Notes: generated from the letters alone by a model not told the origin. A DNA stretch of 63,998 nt, filler included, from Asterionella formosa (GCA_002256025.1; 18 parts of 18 records of this genome joined end to end with filler, not necessarily neighbours in it); one strand, 5' to 3'. Shown: positions 49,954 to 61,553, numbered from the whole stretch's first letter. Made by a program: numbers and translations.

Positions 49954-52007
49954 ATACTGTCTTGACTAAACTTAATCTATCTTATAATTCAATTGGTGAT
50001 GACGGAGCCAAGGCCATTGCAGAGGCTCTCAAGGTCAATACTGTCTTGACTACACTTGATCTAAGTTATAATTCAATTGGTGTTGATGGAGCCAAGGCCA
50101 TTGCAGAGGCTCTCAAGGTCAATACTGTCTTGACTACAATTTATCTCGATAGAAATTCAATTGGTGTTGACGGAGCCAAGGCCATTGCAGAGGCTCTCAA
50201 GGTCAATACTGTCTTGACTACACTTGATCTCGATCATAATTCAATTGGTGATGACGGAGCCAAGGCCATTGCAGAGGCTCTCAAGGACAATACTGTCTTG
50301 ACTACACTTAATCTCTACGATAATTCAATTGGTGACGATTTACTATATGATATAAACAAACTCATTGATGCAAACAAGAACCGCAAACCAACAGTAGCCA
50401 ACACAACTCAGCCAATGTCATCAACAACGATAACAAATGCAGCACAATCTTTTTCCCCAGCAACTCCAACGCCAAGCAGTAACAATCCAACTGATCCCAT
50501 TGTCGAAGATAGGTTTTTAACTAATCAACAACAGGAAGGCACCAATACAAAAGGAGACAATGAGCACATTGTACCTGAGAATCTGGTCAAGCTAATGGCA
50601 AAGACGCAAGAAGACAATGAACGTATTAAGATTCTCATTGAATCTTTTGAAGACAAGAAGTCAAATCAAGCATCTAGTTTTCAACTCACAACCAAGCATC
50701 AGGAAATATTGAATATATTATTTGAAAAAACAAGCCAGGATTCTGACGATCAGGAGGAACAAAAGGCAATCCTTTCTTGTAAGAAATACAGTGAGTTCTA
50801 TCTAGAACTTTTTGGCAAACTAAACTGTATGATTGGAGCTTGTGAGGATCTTTCCTCAGACATGGTGACAGGTAAAAAAAAAGGTTCTGTACGCTCATCT
50901 ATCACCAACCTTTTTCTTAGCAATGATGGAGTTGACCTGATCAAGAATACCAAAACTGGTGCACTTGTTGCTACTGCCATCGAAGTTGTTAAGGAAAACG
51001 TACCAGTCCCTGGTGCGCATACAATTTTGTCTTTCCTTCAGATGATTGTTCAACTCAAAGAGAGTCGAGATCGCTGCTTGGGCGTTGCTAATGTTGCAGA
51101 TTTTGCCACCCTAGCTTCCCTGAAGAGAAACAATTATGTATCATACAAGTATGATGTGGAGTGCTTTGCTAGAATAATGGTACGGGCATTGCATGCTCAC
51201 CAAACATTTGGCACCATTGATGACAAGTTTGGGAAATTCAAGACACGCATGCTGCAGTTGCTGGCTGAGAAAGCAAACACACCGGCAAGGGAGAAAGGAT
51301 GTGCAGTTGCTGACTGTGCTCTTGCTCACATAATAAAGCCAGGAGTAGATACTCCTCTCTACAATCTTTTTGATAGTTTCAATTTCGAGATAAACCTGCA
51401 TGAATGTCTTGCTGCAAATACCTTGAACATGTCTATTGATGAAGTTAAGAAACTACCAAAGATTCAACTACCAAATACAGTCACTACCATGAATGCAAAT
51501 AATGGTTCTGTTTTGAATCAAGACAGCAAATACTGCGTAACTGACGAAACGAAAGTGGTCAGTGATAAAGACGCCTTGATCATCCAAGGATCCAGTGGAG
51601 TTGATGTGGATTCTCTTGCTGCAGAAGTGGAGAGATTGAAAGTTTCCCATGCTGAAGAAGCAAAGAGGTGGAGAGATTCTAAAAGGCAACATTCCCAGAG
51701 GTGGAATGATGCTCTTGCAGATAGAGCCAAATTTGAGCGCGAATTAGATGCGGTTAAAAAAGATTTGGCCAAGATGAAGCCCACACCACAAAGTGATGGT
51801 GGTCTAATGTATGCAGATCATCGTGAAGCTTACAAGGATGAAGTTTGTACTCAGGACATAAAAGAGGTAATGGAAAGAGATGGGAAAACTTTAGAACAAA
51901 TTACAGCTTTAAGTGATGTGATAGCAAAGCTGCAGGAAGAACTTGATAGCATGAAGATGGAAAAACAGCCAAAACGCTCAATATTTTGGAGGAAGAACAA
52001 TAAGTGA
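49954..52007 (+). CDS. RI-like/NLRC3-like 28-aa LRR protein with unknown helical C-terminal region and coiled coil (5'-truncated)
   Basis: At least five 84-bp LRR units (NSIG.DGAKAIAEALK.NTVLT.L.L..), a cap DLLYDINKLI, then ~550 aa of non-repeat sequence. Confidence 0.92.
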
Positions 52008-52052
52008 TATGTTATCAGTTTTCTTGATGTAGTTATAATAAAAATTGATTAA

Positions 52053-52766
52053 GATATAATTGCTTGGTGCTGCTGTGGTGCTTCAAAAATATGGTGCTTG
52101 GCTGCGAACGACAACAACAAAGTGACAATTGATGAAGCAGGAGGTATCACTACGATTCTGTCTGCAATGAAGAAACATTCCTCCAATGCTACTGTGCAAG
52201 ACAATGGTTGTGGAGCATTTAGGAACTTGGCTTCGAATGGCAACAACAAGGTGACAATTGCTGATGCAGGAGGTATCATTACGATTCTGTCTGCAATGAA
52301 GACTCATTCCTCAAATGCTACTGTGCAAGAAAAAGGTTGTGCAGCACTACAGAACTTGGCTGTTAATGAAAACAACAAGGTGACGATTGCTGAAGCAGGA
52401 GGTATCATTACGATTCTGTCTGCAATGAAGACTCATTCCTCCAATGCTACTGTGCAATACTATGGTTGTGGAGCACTTATGAACTTGACTGTTAATGAAA
52501 ACAACAAGGTGACGATGGCTGAAGTAGGAGGTATCACTACGATTCTGTCTGCAATGAAGACTCATTCCTCCAATGCTACTGTGCAAGAAAATGGTTGTGC
52601 AGCACTTTGGGTCTTGGCTTTGAATAATGACAAGAACAAGGTGACAATTGCTGAAGCTGATGGAAAAGCCGTTATTGAGTCTGCTATGCGAAATTACTTA
52701 TCCAATGCTGGTGTTCAAGAAAAAGGTAATGGAGCACTTCGCAATTTGACTCATTGTGGGAAATGA
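52053..52766 (+). CDS. Armadillo-repeat ORF (42-aa/126-bp units) lacking its own upstream ATG
   Basis: About five repeats of NKVTIAEAGGI.TILSAMKTHSSNATVQ..GC.AL.NL. The frame is open from 52053. Confidence 0.85.
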   Translation, partial: DIIAWCCCGASKIWCLAANDNNKVTIDEAGGITTILSAMKKHSSNATVQDNGCGAFRNLASNGNNKVTIADAGGIITILSAMKTHSSNATVQEKGCAALQNLAVNENNKVTIAEAGGIITILSAMKTHSSNATVQYYGCGALMNLTVNENNKVTMAEVGGITTILSAMKTHSSNATVQENGCAALWVLALNNDKNKVTIAEADGKAVIESAMRNYLSNAGVQEKGNGALRNLTHCGK

Positions 52767-53514
52767 TCATCATGGTAATAATTAGGAGGATCAACTAGTT
52801 TATATTATTGTAATTACGGAACAGTTATGTTTTGATTATCAATCAGGGTACCTTTTTGTTAAACTGTTCGTTGAAATTTTCGTTTATACTCTCCTTTATG
52901 GATGTTTCCCTGGTTATGATACATACATGGTGAGCGATGCTCGTTTTGTAAACTCGTTCATTTTGCATACAGAAGAATCGATCAACATGGACGTGGATAT
53001 GGAGATGAATTGCACACTGTCACCATCTGGGGGTAGCCGGAATGAAACAAGACCTTATATAATGTATGCGCAACAGCAACAAATCAGACATGATTCCTCG
53101 GAGAAAGTGATGAGTGAGTTGGAATCAGAATCACCCTACAGGAAGAGAGGAATGGATTAACCATTGGAGATCATTTCCATTTTTCACAGTTTATATCATA
53201 ATTTTGGTTTACATTTTACATTTTAACCTTTATTATCCGGTATTGCCACTGAGAATATCGTCACTGTTTAAGACGGTTTCTGGTCAAGAAGGTTAGCCAG
53301 CCCATTTTCCCTCCACTACATAATATATTAGGAGAAAGTTATAGTGATCGGCTCACGTTTTTACTATTTACATAGCAAAATACTATGGCCCATATTTCGA
53401 TTCATGACGTAAGTNNNNNNNNNNNNNNNNNNNNNNNNNNNNNNNNNNNNNNNNNNNNTTAATTAATTAANNNNNNNNNNNNNNNNNNNNNNNNNNNNNN
53501 NNNNNNNNNNNNNN

Positions 53515-56500
53515 AGTTGACTGGCGCCAATGGAGATGCCAAGAAAGACGACAACTCAGTCGAATCTGACGAGGGATGCCACTCCAAGAACAAGCCAAAG
53601 ACAAGAAAGCGCAAGAAGAAGGCTAGAAGGACAAAGACCTCAGCTTCTGGATTATGCGATACGGCTACACCTCATGTAAAAATCAAGGACTCTGATGACA
53701 AAGACAGTGAGGATGATGGAGATGATAGTGACCAGGAAAGAAATCCTACAACAAGTACCCAAAGGAAGAAATCTAAGAAGGAGACTCCCAGGAAAAAGAA
53801 AAAGGGACGTCGCAACCCAGTACTCCGACGTGGACGCATTCCGGGGGAAGCAGCAAGGGTTGTGCTTGATGGAGGAACTGAATTTGAGGTCATTGGCGGA
53901 GTCGGATGGAGAGTTCTGGAAAAAGTGAGCAAGAGCGCAAAACTGCATGGTTGGGGGGCCAATATGGATGGACCTACTCTTCCAATTGTCAATGCAGTCA
54001 CTGCTTATGAACATCCAGAAACAAAAGAAACCTATTTACTTGGGTTGGGGGGAGCAGCCTTTGATGAAAGACCAGAACAAACAGAAGCGCTGATCAACAC
54101 TCATGTGATGAGGCGTAATAATGTTATTGTTCATGACATTTCTGAACGGGATGGCGGTTTGCAATGCATTGAGGTTGACAACATTCAGATTAAACTATTG
54201 TTCACTGATGATGAAAAACTTCTTACATTCAATGTTCGCCTACCTACAATCGAAGAAGCAAACTCCCACACAATTCATTGGTTGACACCACGAATTCCCA
54301 GCAACTCATCTGAGTTGTTGAAGCAGTCATCTAGAAGGGGACGCGGAAGCATTGTTAAAGAGGAGCCAACTCTATGGGAGAAACGTCTTGGAAATTCAAC
54401 TGAGATTGTAACCAAGAAGACACTCGAAGCAACAACACAGCTCTGCACCCAGACAGTTGAAATGGAGAATAGAGAAGCACCCAGACAGCATCGAAAGAAG
54501 CGTCTAATTCCTCTTCATCCTAATCGACTTGATGGCAGGACAGATTCGGATACGTTTTTCTCATCTATCAAGTCCATCCGGAACTACTCATGTGTGCAAC
54601 TCTTCATTCATATTCCATCGCAATTTCTGTTTGCACGTTGTATGTTTAGAGAGGCACATTCACATGGAGCATACCAGGATTTTGTAAGTGAGGTTGGAGC
54701 TCCCAACATTTTGTTGACTGATAACTCTCAAACTCAGTCTGGCACATTGTGGATCAAAACAAGCCAGGAAAACATCACAAAAGAAATCCATTCTGTCCCA
54801 CACACAACCAAAACCAGAACCAGGCAGAGCTCAAGATCCGGGACATTATTCCTGAACCTCTAGATGAACCAGAGGATCACAATCTTATTCGTCTAGTTCA
54901 TTTTGCTCCTACTCCTCAGATCATTGTTCATTTTGCTCCTACTCCTCAGATCATTGAAACATCAAAGGGTCTAGAGGAGCAGGGGGGGAAAGAGGAGCAA
55001 TGCACTACAACAGAAGTATACAACAAGCAATGCACTACAACAGAAGTAGACAACAAGCAATGCACTACAACAGAAGTAGACAACAACAACATATCAAAAA
55101 ATCCACCATCCAACACCGATGATGTTCAGTTCGACTTTGATCCACTTGACGCAACACACGACATTGAAATGTGTGATGAGATCAATAATGAGCTAGCTGA
55201 AGAGCATACAGAGGCAACAAAGATGAGTGGTTCCAGGGTAACTGATATTCGAGCGCATCGCTGGAAGGCCGGGCAACTTGAGTTGGAGGTGCACTGGGAT
55301 ACTGAAAATGTCTCCTGGGAATCATTTCAGGACTTGAAGCTTGACCATCCAAACATGACAGCACAATACATTGTAGACAATAATGTCAGTCGTTCCAAAC
55401 GCCTGGATAGAGTCATGCAATGGGCAAAGAAAACAGTTCGAGACATCAAACGAGCTGTCCGAAGAATTGCAAGGTTATATGAGCATCATTTTGATGGATG
55501 TGATCAGGTGTACACAGTGAGGCGTGCCGACATAAGAAAGAAGAAGCATCCTAAGATTAGGAAGCAAATTCTCAAGTATGGCGTTGAGGTCCCACGAAAT
55601 GTCACCCATGCAGTGGAATTGGACAAGCAAATTGGAAACACATTCTGGCAAGAGGCAATCAAACGTGAAATCTTCTCACTTGTCGAAATGGAATGTTTTG
55701 AATTTAAGAAGCCAGATTTTAACCCTGGAGTCGGATATCAATGGACAACACTGACAGTGATCTTTGACATCAAGCAAGATCTACGGCGCAAGGCAAGACT
55801 TGTGGCTGGTGGACATCTAGTTGACGCACTTGACAACAATGTTTACTCTTCAACTGTGAAAGGCATAAGTGTTAGAATGCTACATGTGATTGCACACAAG
55901 CAGAACTTGAAGCTGCTTTGTGGCGATGTTGGAAATGCTTATGTCAATGCATACACTAATGAGCTAGTATACTCCCGTGCTGGACCAGAATTTGGAGAGG
56001 AGTTGAGGGGATCAATCATTCTCATCTGAAAAGCACTATATGGTTTGAGATCAAGCTCTGAGCGTTGGTGGACGCATTTTGCGGACACGATCCGGGGAAT
56101 GGGGTTCCAGCCAACTAGGTACGACAAAGATGTGTGGTACAAGATGAGCAATGATACTTCACACTATGAATATATCTGCACCCACTCAGATGACTTCATG
56201 ATAGTGTCAAAAACTCCTGAAGTAATTATGGAAGGACTCAATCAGGTCTATACGATCAAGTCTGAAGGTCCTCCAGAATATTATCTTGGGAACGACTTCA
56301 AGAAGGACAAGAAGGGCAGGAGGTGTTTTGGATGCAAGAAATACATACAAGAGTCGATTGCAAGAATTGAGGTGATGTTTGGTGTGCAACCCAAAAGTAC
56401 AATTCCAATGAGTGCAAATGATCATCCAGAACTCGATGACACCACACTACTTAGTGATGACGAACATCGAAAGTTTCAGATGTTAATTGGCATGTTGAAT

Positions 56501-56974
56501 TGGGTAGTAACAATTGGGAGATTTGATGTCGCACACGCCACAATGTCATTGTCAAGATTCTCTGCATGTCCAAAAAAAGGACACCTTGAGCAGGTATTGA
56601 AAGTGTTTGGCTACCTCAAGAGGAGGCCAAATAGGCGAATTGTCGTGGATTCTAGGTCGCCTGACTTCTCAGGATTTGAGGAAGATTTTTCTAAAGACTA
56701 CGCAAGTATTCTTGGTGAAGACTACCCTGAAGCATCTGAGGAGGTTGACTGCAACCTACCAAAGCCATTGGTCAATGAGTTGGACATAACTGTGTTTGTT
56801 GACTCAGATCATGCCCATGACAAGATCACACGCAGGTCAGTGACCGGTTTGATTATATTCGTTGGAAGAACACCAGTATTCTTTATGAGTAGGCGACAAG
56901 GAGCAGTGGAGACATCAACATACGGCGCTGAGTTTTGTGCTATGCGCATTGCAGTTGAAGAAACCATAGCTATT
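53515..56974 (+). mobile_element. CoDi-type Ty1/copia gag-pol, degenerate
   Basis: Protease VVLDGGTE. IN SDTFFS..LLTDNS..HNQNQ.AE with frameshift/deletion at ~54800-54860. Chromo-like LELEVHWD...SWE. RT FDIKQDLRRKARLVAGGH, DVGNAY, in-frame TGA at 56027, HSDD. RNH DSDHAHD, STYGAEF. Confidence 0.95.
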
Positions 56975-57074
56975 NNNNNNNNNNNNNNNNNNNNNNNNNN
57001 NNNNNNNNNNNNNNNNNNTTAATTAATTAANNNNNNNNNNNNNNNNNNNNNNNNNNNNNNNNNNNNNNNNNNNN

Positions 57075-57790
57075 GCATTCACTTTCTCAGCTGTAAACCC
57101 GTGTCTCCACCTAGCCTCACTACATCCATCCCTCCTCTTAACGGTGCTATTTACGTCCACTGTCAAATTCTTAAGGAGGTTGTATCAAGTGCTGCTGAGG
57201 CCGAATTAGCTGCTTTATTCCACAATGGCAAAGAGGCATATGCTATTCGCACCATTCTTGCTGAGCTTGGTCATCCCCAACCTTCTACCCGTATTGTCAC
57301 CGATAATAGCACTGCCAGTGGCATCGCCAATGATACTGTCCGACAAAAACGTTCCAAAGCTATGGATATGCGGTATTACTGGGTACGTGATCGGGTTCGC
57401 CAAGGCCAATTTCTTGTATACTGGAAAAAAGGTAGTTTGAATCGTGCTGATTATTTCACTAAACATCATCCCGCTTCCCATCATATGTTGATGCGCCCGC
57501 ACTATCTCCATTGCCCTCCATCCCTCCCTAGTCCTCCTAACTATTATGCGTGCTTGGCTTCCGATGCTGATAGCATCTCCATCCCCGCTCCTGTTCTTCT
57601 GCCTGCATCTGTTGGTGAGGGTGTGTTAATATCTGCATATGATGCTCCATACATGCGCCGTACGAACCATACCGGCGCAGCCACCAGATTAGGTACATGC
57701 GTGAGTGCTGACAACGATGTACTTGGAACAGCAATAGAATAGTCATAATATTGTAGTTCACCCTTATTCACGATAAGGTTCCCCTCAACA
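57075..57790 (+). mobile_element. 3' end of a Ty1/copia element: RNase H, PPT and 167-bp 3' LTR (57624-57790)
   Basis: SSAAEAELAALF...TDNSTA...SKAMDMRYYWVRDR...NRADYFTKHH. GGTGAGGGTG is followed by TGTTAAT...TCAACA. Confidence 0.9.
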
Positions 57791-58080
57791 CAAGCATCAT
57801 GATATGTAGGTATAGCTATACTGCCAGGTACTTATTCGTGATGTACCAGGTACCGGTATATGATTAGGATGGACAAAATTTCCGGGATCATCTATGATGC
57901 CATCCTTTCCGTAGAATTTAACAAGTTGTTCAGACACTATTTTGGCAGAAGGACTATAGAATTACTTTTCAATCACGACGACGAGAAAAGGAGTTGTAAC
58001 ATAAAACACTTTTCTCTCGAACAAAAAGTCACTCGAATAAATAATAGACAACTTCAATTACATTCAAGACGACATTGAGA

Positions 58081-60222
58081 ATGTTTCGAAGATTTGGTCG
58101 AAAGAAGACAGAAACAGAATTGGAAAGTTATGTCGAACGGTTGAAACAAAATGATTCAAGTTTGATTATACTTGATCTCAGCTACAATTCAATCGGTGTT
58201 AATGGCGCCAAGGCCATTGCAGAGGCTCTCAAGGACAATACCGTCTTGACTAAACTTTATCTCGATGGTAATTCAATTGGGGATGGTGGCGCCATGGGCA
58301 TTGCAGAGGCTCTCAAGGTCAATACTGTCTTGACAACACTTCATCTCGGAGGTAATACAGTTGGTGATGGTGGCGCCATGGGCATTGCAAAGGCGCTCAA
58401 AAACAATACTGTCTTGACTAGACTTCGTCTCTATGATAATTCAATTGGTGATGATGGCGCCAAGGCCATTGCAGTGGCTCTCAAGGACGAAACTGTCTTG
58501 ACTACACTTTATCTCTATAATAATTCTATTGGTGATGAGGGCGCAAAGGCAATTGCAGAGGCTCTCAAGGACAATACTGTCTTGACTACTCTTTATCTCT
58601 GGGGTAATTCAATTGGTGGTGATTTACTAAATGATATAAAAGAGCTCCTTGCTGAAGCAGGGGAGCCTACTGCCACTTTAATTTCGTCTGAGATTGCTGG
58701 TATGGTTTCAAAGATGCAACAGAATGAGCAGGATGCTGTCATTCAAATGGATGGTCTCTTGAAACTTGGAGACTGGGCTGAGAATAATTACACCAACCAA
58801 GTGATGATTTCTGAAGAAGGTATCAATAAAATTGTGACTGCAATGAAGAAACATCCAAAAAATGCTCAAGTCCAAAATTATGGTTGTGCAGCACTTAATA
58901 ACTTGGCTGAGAATAATGACACCAACCAAGTGATGATTGATGGAGCAGAAGGTATCACTACAATTGTGACTGCGATGAAGGAACATCCAAAGAATGCTGA
59001 TGTACAACACCATGCTTGTAAAGCACTTTGGAACTTGGCTTTGAATGACAACAACAAGAGGCTGATTGCTAGCAAAGGAGGTATTGCTAGGATTGCATCT
59101 GCCATGAGGACTCATTCATCTAATGCTAATGTCCAAGAATATGGATGTGCAGCACTTCAGAAGTTGGCTGAAGAAAACAATAACAAGTGGCAGATTGCTG
59201 TTGCAAAATGTATCGCTCAGATTCTGTCTGCAATGGAGAATTGTCCAGAAAATGCTAATGTGCAACTTTATGGTGTCGGAGTGCTTAGGAACTTAGCTGT
59301 GAATGAAAACAACAGGGGGACAATTGCAAAAGCAGATCGCGTACTAGCTGAGCTCATTAGGAATGGACTATGTCCTATTCATCCAGCCATTCAGCATTTC
59401 AAAATGAGTATGTTTGGAGTTTGGAAGACTGGGCAAAAGAACTGCCCTCATTGCAATCATGAACGTGGGAATACCAGGAATACCCAAGTGATTGCTGGAA
59501 TTCTCTCAAAGATGCAAAATGCTGACATTCAAGAAAAATGTCTCTTTGAGCTTGCGAACTTGGCTAAGAATAATCACAACAAGGTGACAATTGCTAAACA
59601 AAAAGGTATCAGGGAGATTCTGTCTGTGATGAGAACTTATCCACTGAATGCTAATGTACAACACTATGGTTGTGGAGCACTTAGGAACTTGGCTGTGAAT
59701 GACAACAATAAGGTGACAATTGCTGAACAAGAAGGTATCAAGGAGATTCTGTCAGCAATGAAGAATCATGGTTCAAATGCCAATGTACAACACTATGGTT
59801 GTGGAGCACTAAGGAACTTGGCTGTGAATGATAACAATCAGGTGACAATTGCTGAACAAGAAGGTATCAGAGCAATTTTGTCAGCAATGACAAATCATGG
59901 TTCAAATGCTAATGTACAACACTATGGTTGTGGAGCACTTTGGAAGTTGGCTTCAAATGACAACAATAAGGTGACAATTGCTGAACAAGAAGGTATCAAG
60001 GAGATTTTGTCAGCAATGAAGAATCATGGTTCAAATGCTAATGTACAACGCTATGGTTGTGGAGCACTTTGGAACTTGGCTTCAAATGATATCAATAAGG
60101 AAAAAATTATTGAAGCAGAAGGTATTGCTATGATTCTGTCTGCAAAGAAGAATCATTCCTCCAATGCTGATGTGGAAAAAATGGGTAATGGAGCACTTGG
60201 CATATTGAACACTAGGAGTTGA
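58081..60222 (+). CDS. Intronless LRR-armadillo fusion protein (713 aa) with inserted CxxH..CxxC module
   Basis: Six 28-aa LRRs of the same family as 49954-50350, then two ARM arrays of the same family as 52053-52766, separated by CPIH-x20-CPHC. Confidence 0.93.
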   Translation: MFRRFGRKKTETELESYVERLKQNDSSLIILDLSYNSIGVNGAKAIAEALKDNTVLTKLYLDGNSIGDGGAMGIAEALKVNTVLTTLHLGGNTVGDGGAMGIAKALKNNTVLTRLRLYDNSIGDDGAKAIAVALKDETVLTTLYLYNNSIGDEGAKAIAEALKDNTVLTTLYLWGNSIGGDLLNDIKELLAEAGEPTATLISSEIAGMVSKMQQNEQDAVIQMDGLLKLGDWAENNYTNQVMISEEGINKIVTAMKKHPKNAQVQNYGCAALNNLAENNDTNQVMIDGAEGITTIVTAMKEHPKNADVQHHACKALWNLALNDNNKRLIASKGGIARIASAMRTHSSNANVQEYGCAALQKLAEENNNKWQIAVAKCIAQILSAMENCPENANVQLYGVGVLRNLAVNENNRGTIAKADRVLAELIRNGLCPIHPAIQHFKMSMFGVWKTGQKNCPHCNHERGNTRNTQVIAGILSKMQNADIQEKCLFELANLAKNNHNKVTIAKQKGIREILSVMRTYPLNANVQHYGCGALRNLAVNDNNKVTIAEQEGIKEILSAMKNHGSNANVQHYGCGALRNLAVNDNNQVTIAEQEGIRAILSAMTNHGSNANVQHYGCGALWKLASNDNNKVTIAEQEGIKEILSAMKNHGSNANVQRYGCGALWNLASNDINKEKIIEAEGIAMILSAKKNHSSNADVEKMGNGALGILNTRS

Positions 60223-60634
60223 TCACTATTTTGAAAATGGTCATTCTGGTAATTAGTATTCATTTTTGTACCAGTTAAAAATAGTGTTAGGGTTAGGGAA
60301 AAGGGATGACGCCTCTAGGCGTCGTCCCTATAGAGTACCCAGCCCTTAGGGTCAGGGTTAGGGTTAGCGTGAGCCACGGAAGAGATTAAGAGTAAGTTCA
60401 GCTTGAGCTAATAGTTGGTCCCACAAGTGGAGAGGAAAGGTTTTGTCAACACTGCATAGACCGGCAATGAAATGGTTTTGAAAGGTGTGAATTGCGCGTT
60501 CAGTGGCATTGCAATGATGGACAGCCGGCAGGACNNNNNNNNNNNNNNNNNNNNNNNNNNNNNNNNNNNNNNNNNNNNTTAATTAATTAANNNNNNNNNN
60601 NNNNNNNNNNNNNNNNNNNNNNNNNNNNNNNNNN

Positions 60635-61553
60635 CATTTCGACGTGCATGTGTTGATGGGTACTTCCGAAGGCTGTGTGTGCCAATCAAACCATTGTTCA
60701 TTCGTTTGAACTCACTACTTTCCCATACATCATCACGCAGAATTGTATAGGCCTTTCTTTTAGCATTTGATGGATTGTTGGTTTGTAGCGAAAACACCCA
60801 TGGATTTTCAGGTGATGCGCCTTGTTCCATACATTCTGTCTCAAGATGAACAGCCAAGGCAAGGAGAACGCAATAGTCTTGCGACATGGATGCAATGAGT
60901 ACCTGGTTTGGTGCCTCCCTCTCTTCTTTAGCGTTTTTTGTCCAACACAGCTTGGCCATCAGAGTGAAAGGAAATCGAAGATTCGCAGTTAGGTTTATTT
61001 TTGTTAATTGCACACAATCGTCAATTCGGCCGACCATGTGGAATTGAAAGACACATAGTGCAGGCAACTGATACCGATGAATACTGTCCTTGAATGAATG
61101 AAGGATATGCATTGTACTGGAGAACTCTTGGGATTCTAGGGGTCGCCTTGCTTGTGATGGTTTCCCTTGTCTGCGCACTTCCTTCTTTTTTACTGCCTTG
61201 ATGAGATTATTGACAGGCACAGACCTTGTTGGATTGCCACTGTGCATAATAGCATTCCAAGTGGAGAGTCGATTTGGCATAAAATACGACAATGCCTTTT
61301 TGTAGTATTCCAGGGAAGAAGACCGGCCATGTGTTGGATTGTCATCATTGTTTGGATCAGGACGGCCATAGACTTTCATAGCCATCCATTTGTAGACATC
61401 CTCAGGTGTAACTTCCCCAAGTTCCTCTGGACTAAACTCGTAGCTTTTAGAATATTCTATGCCATCTCTGTATGACATCATAGCAATTAGGACACTCTTG
61501 TAAACAGGGGATTGTGTAGGTTCATTTACTCTTCTTGTTGGCATTGTCGCCAT
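60635..61553 (-). mobile_element. CryptonS-type tyrosine recombinase, N-terminal/catalytic part (3'-truncated)
   Basis: TPEDVYKWM...YG...SSLEYYKKALSYFMP...GNPTRS..VNNLIK...QG..SQARR; catalytic R in MVGRIDD, K in WTKN, and HxxR box GTHSLRK. Confidence 0.9.

Noticed and set aside
49986..50340. 84-bp repeats with short variable segments resembling a CRISPR array or DGR cassette
   Set aside because: The units are in-frame LRR codons with only ~18 variable nt. There are no cas genes, no DGR-type RT and no evident adenine-specific template/variable pair.
56027..56029. In-frame TGA in copia RT as possible programmed readthrough
   Set aside because: The element also has a broken integrase, so a CGA-to-TGA decay mutation is the simpler explanation.
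3476..60634. Regularly spaced TTAATTAATTAA motif every ~3.56 kb resembling an array
   Set aside because: Artificial linker embedded in Ns between size-sorted contigs; not biological. Any apparent gene cluster across it is also an artefact.
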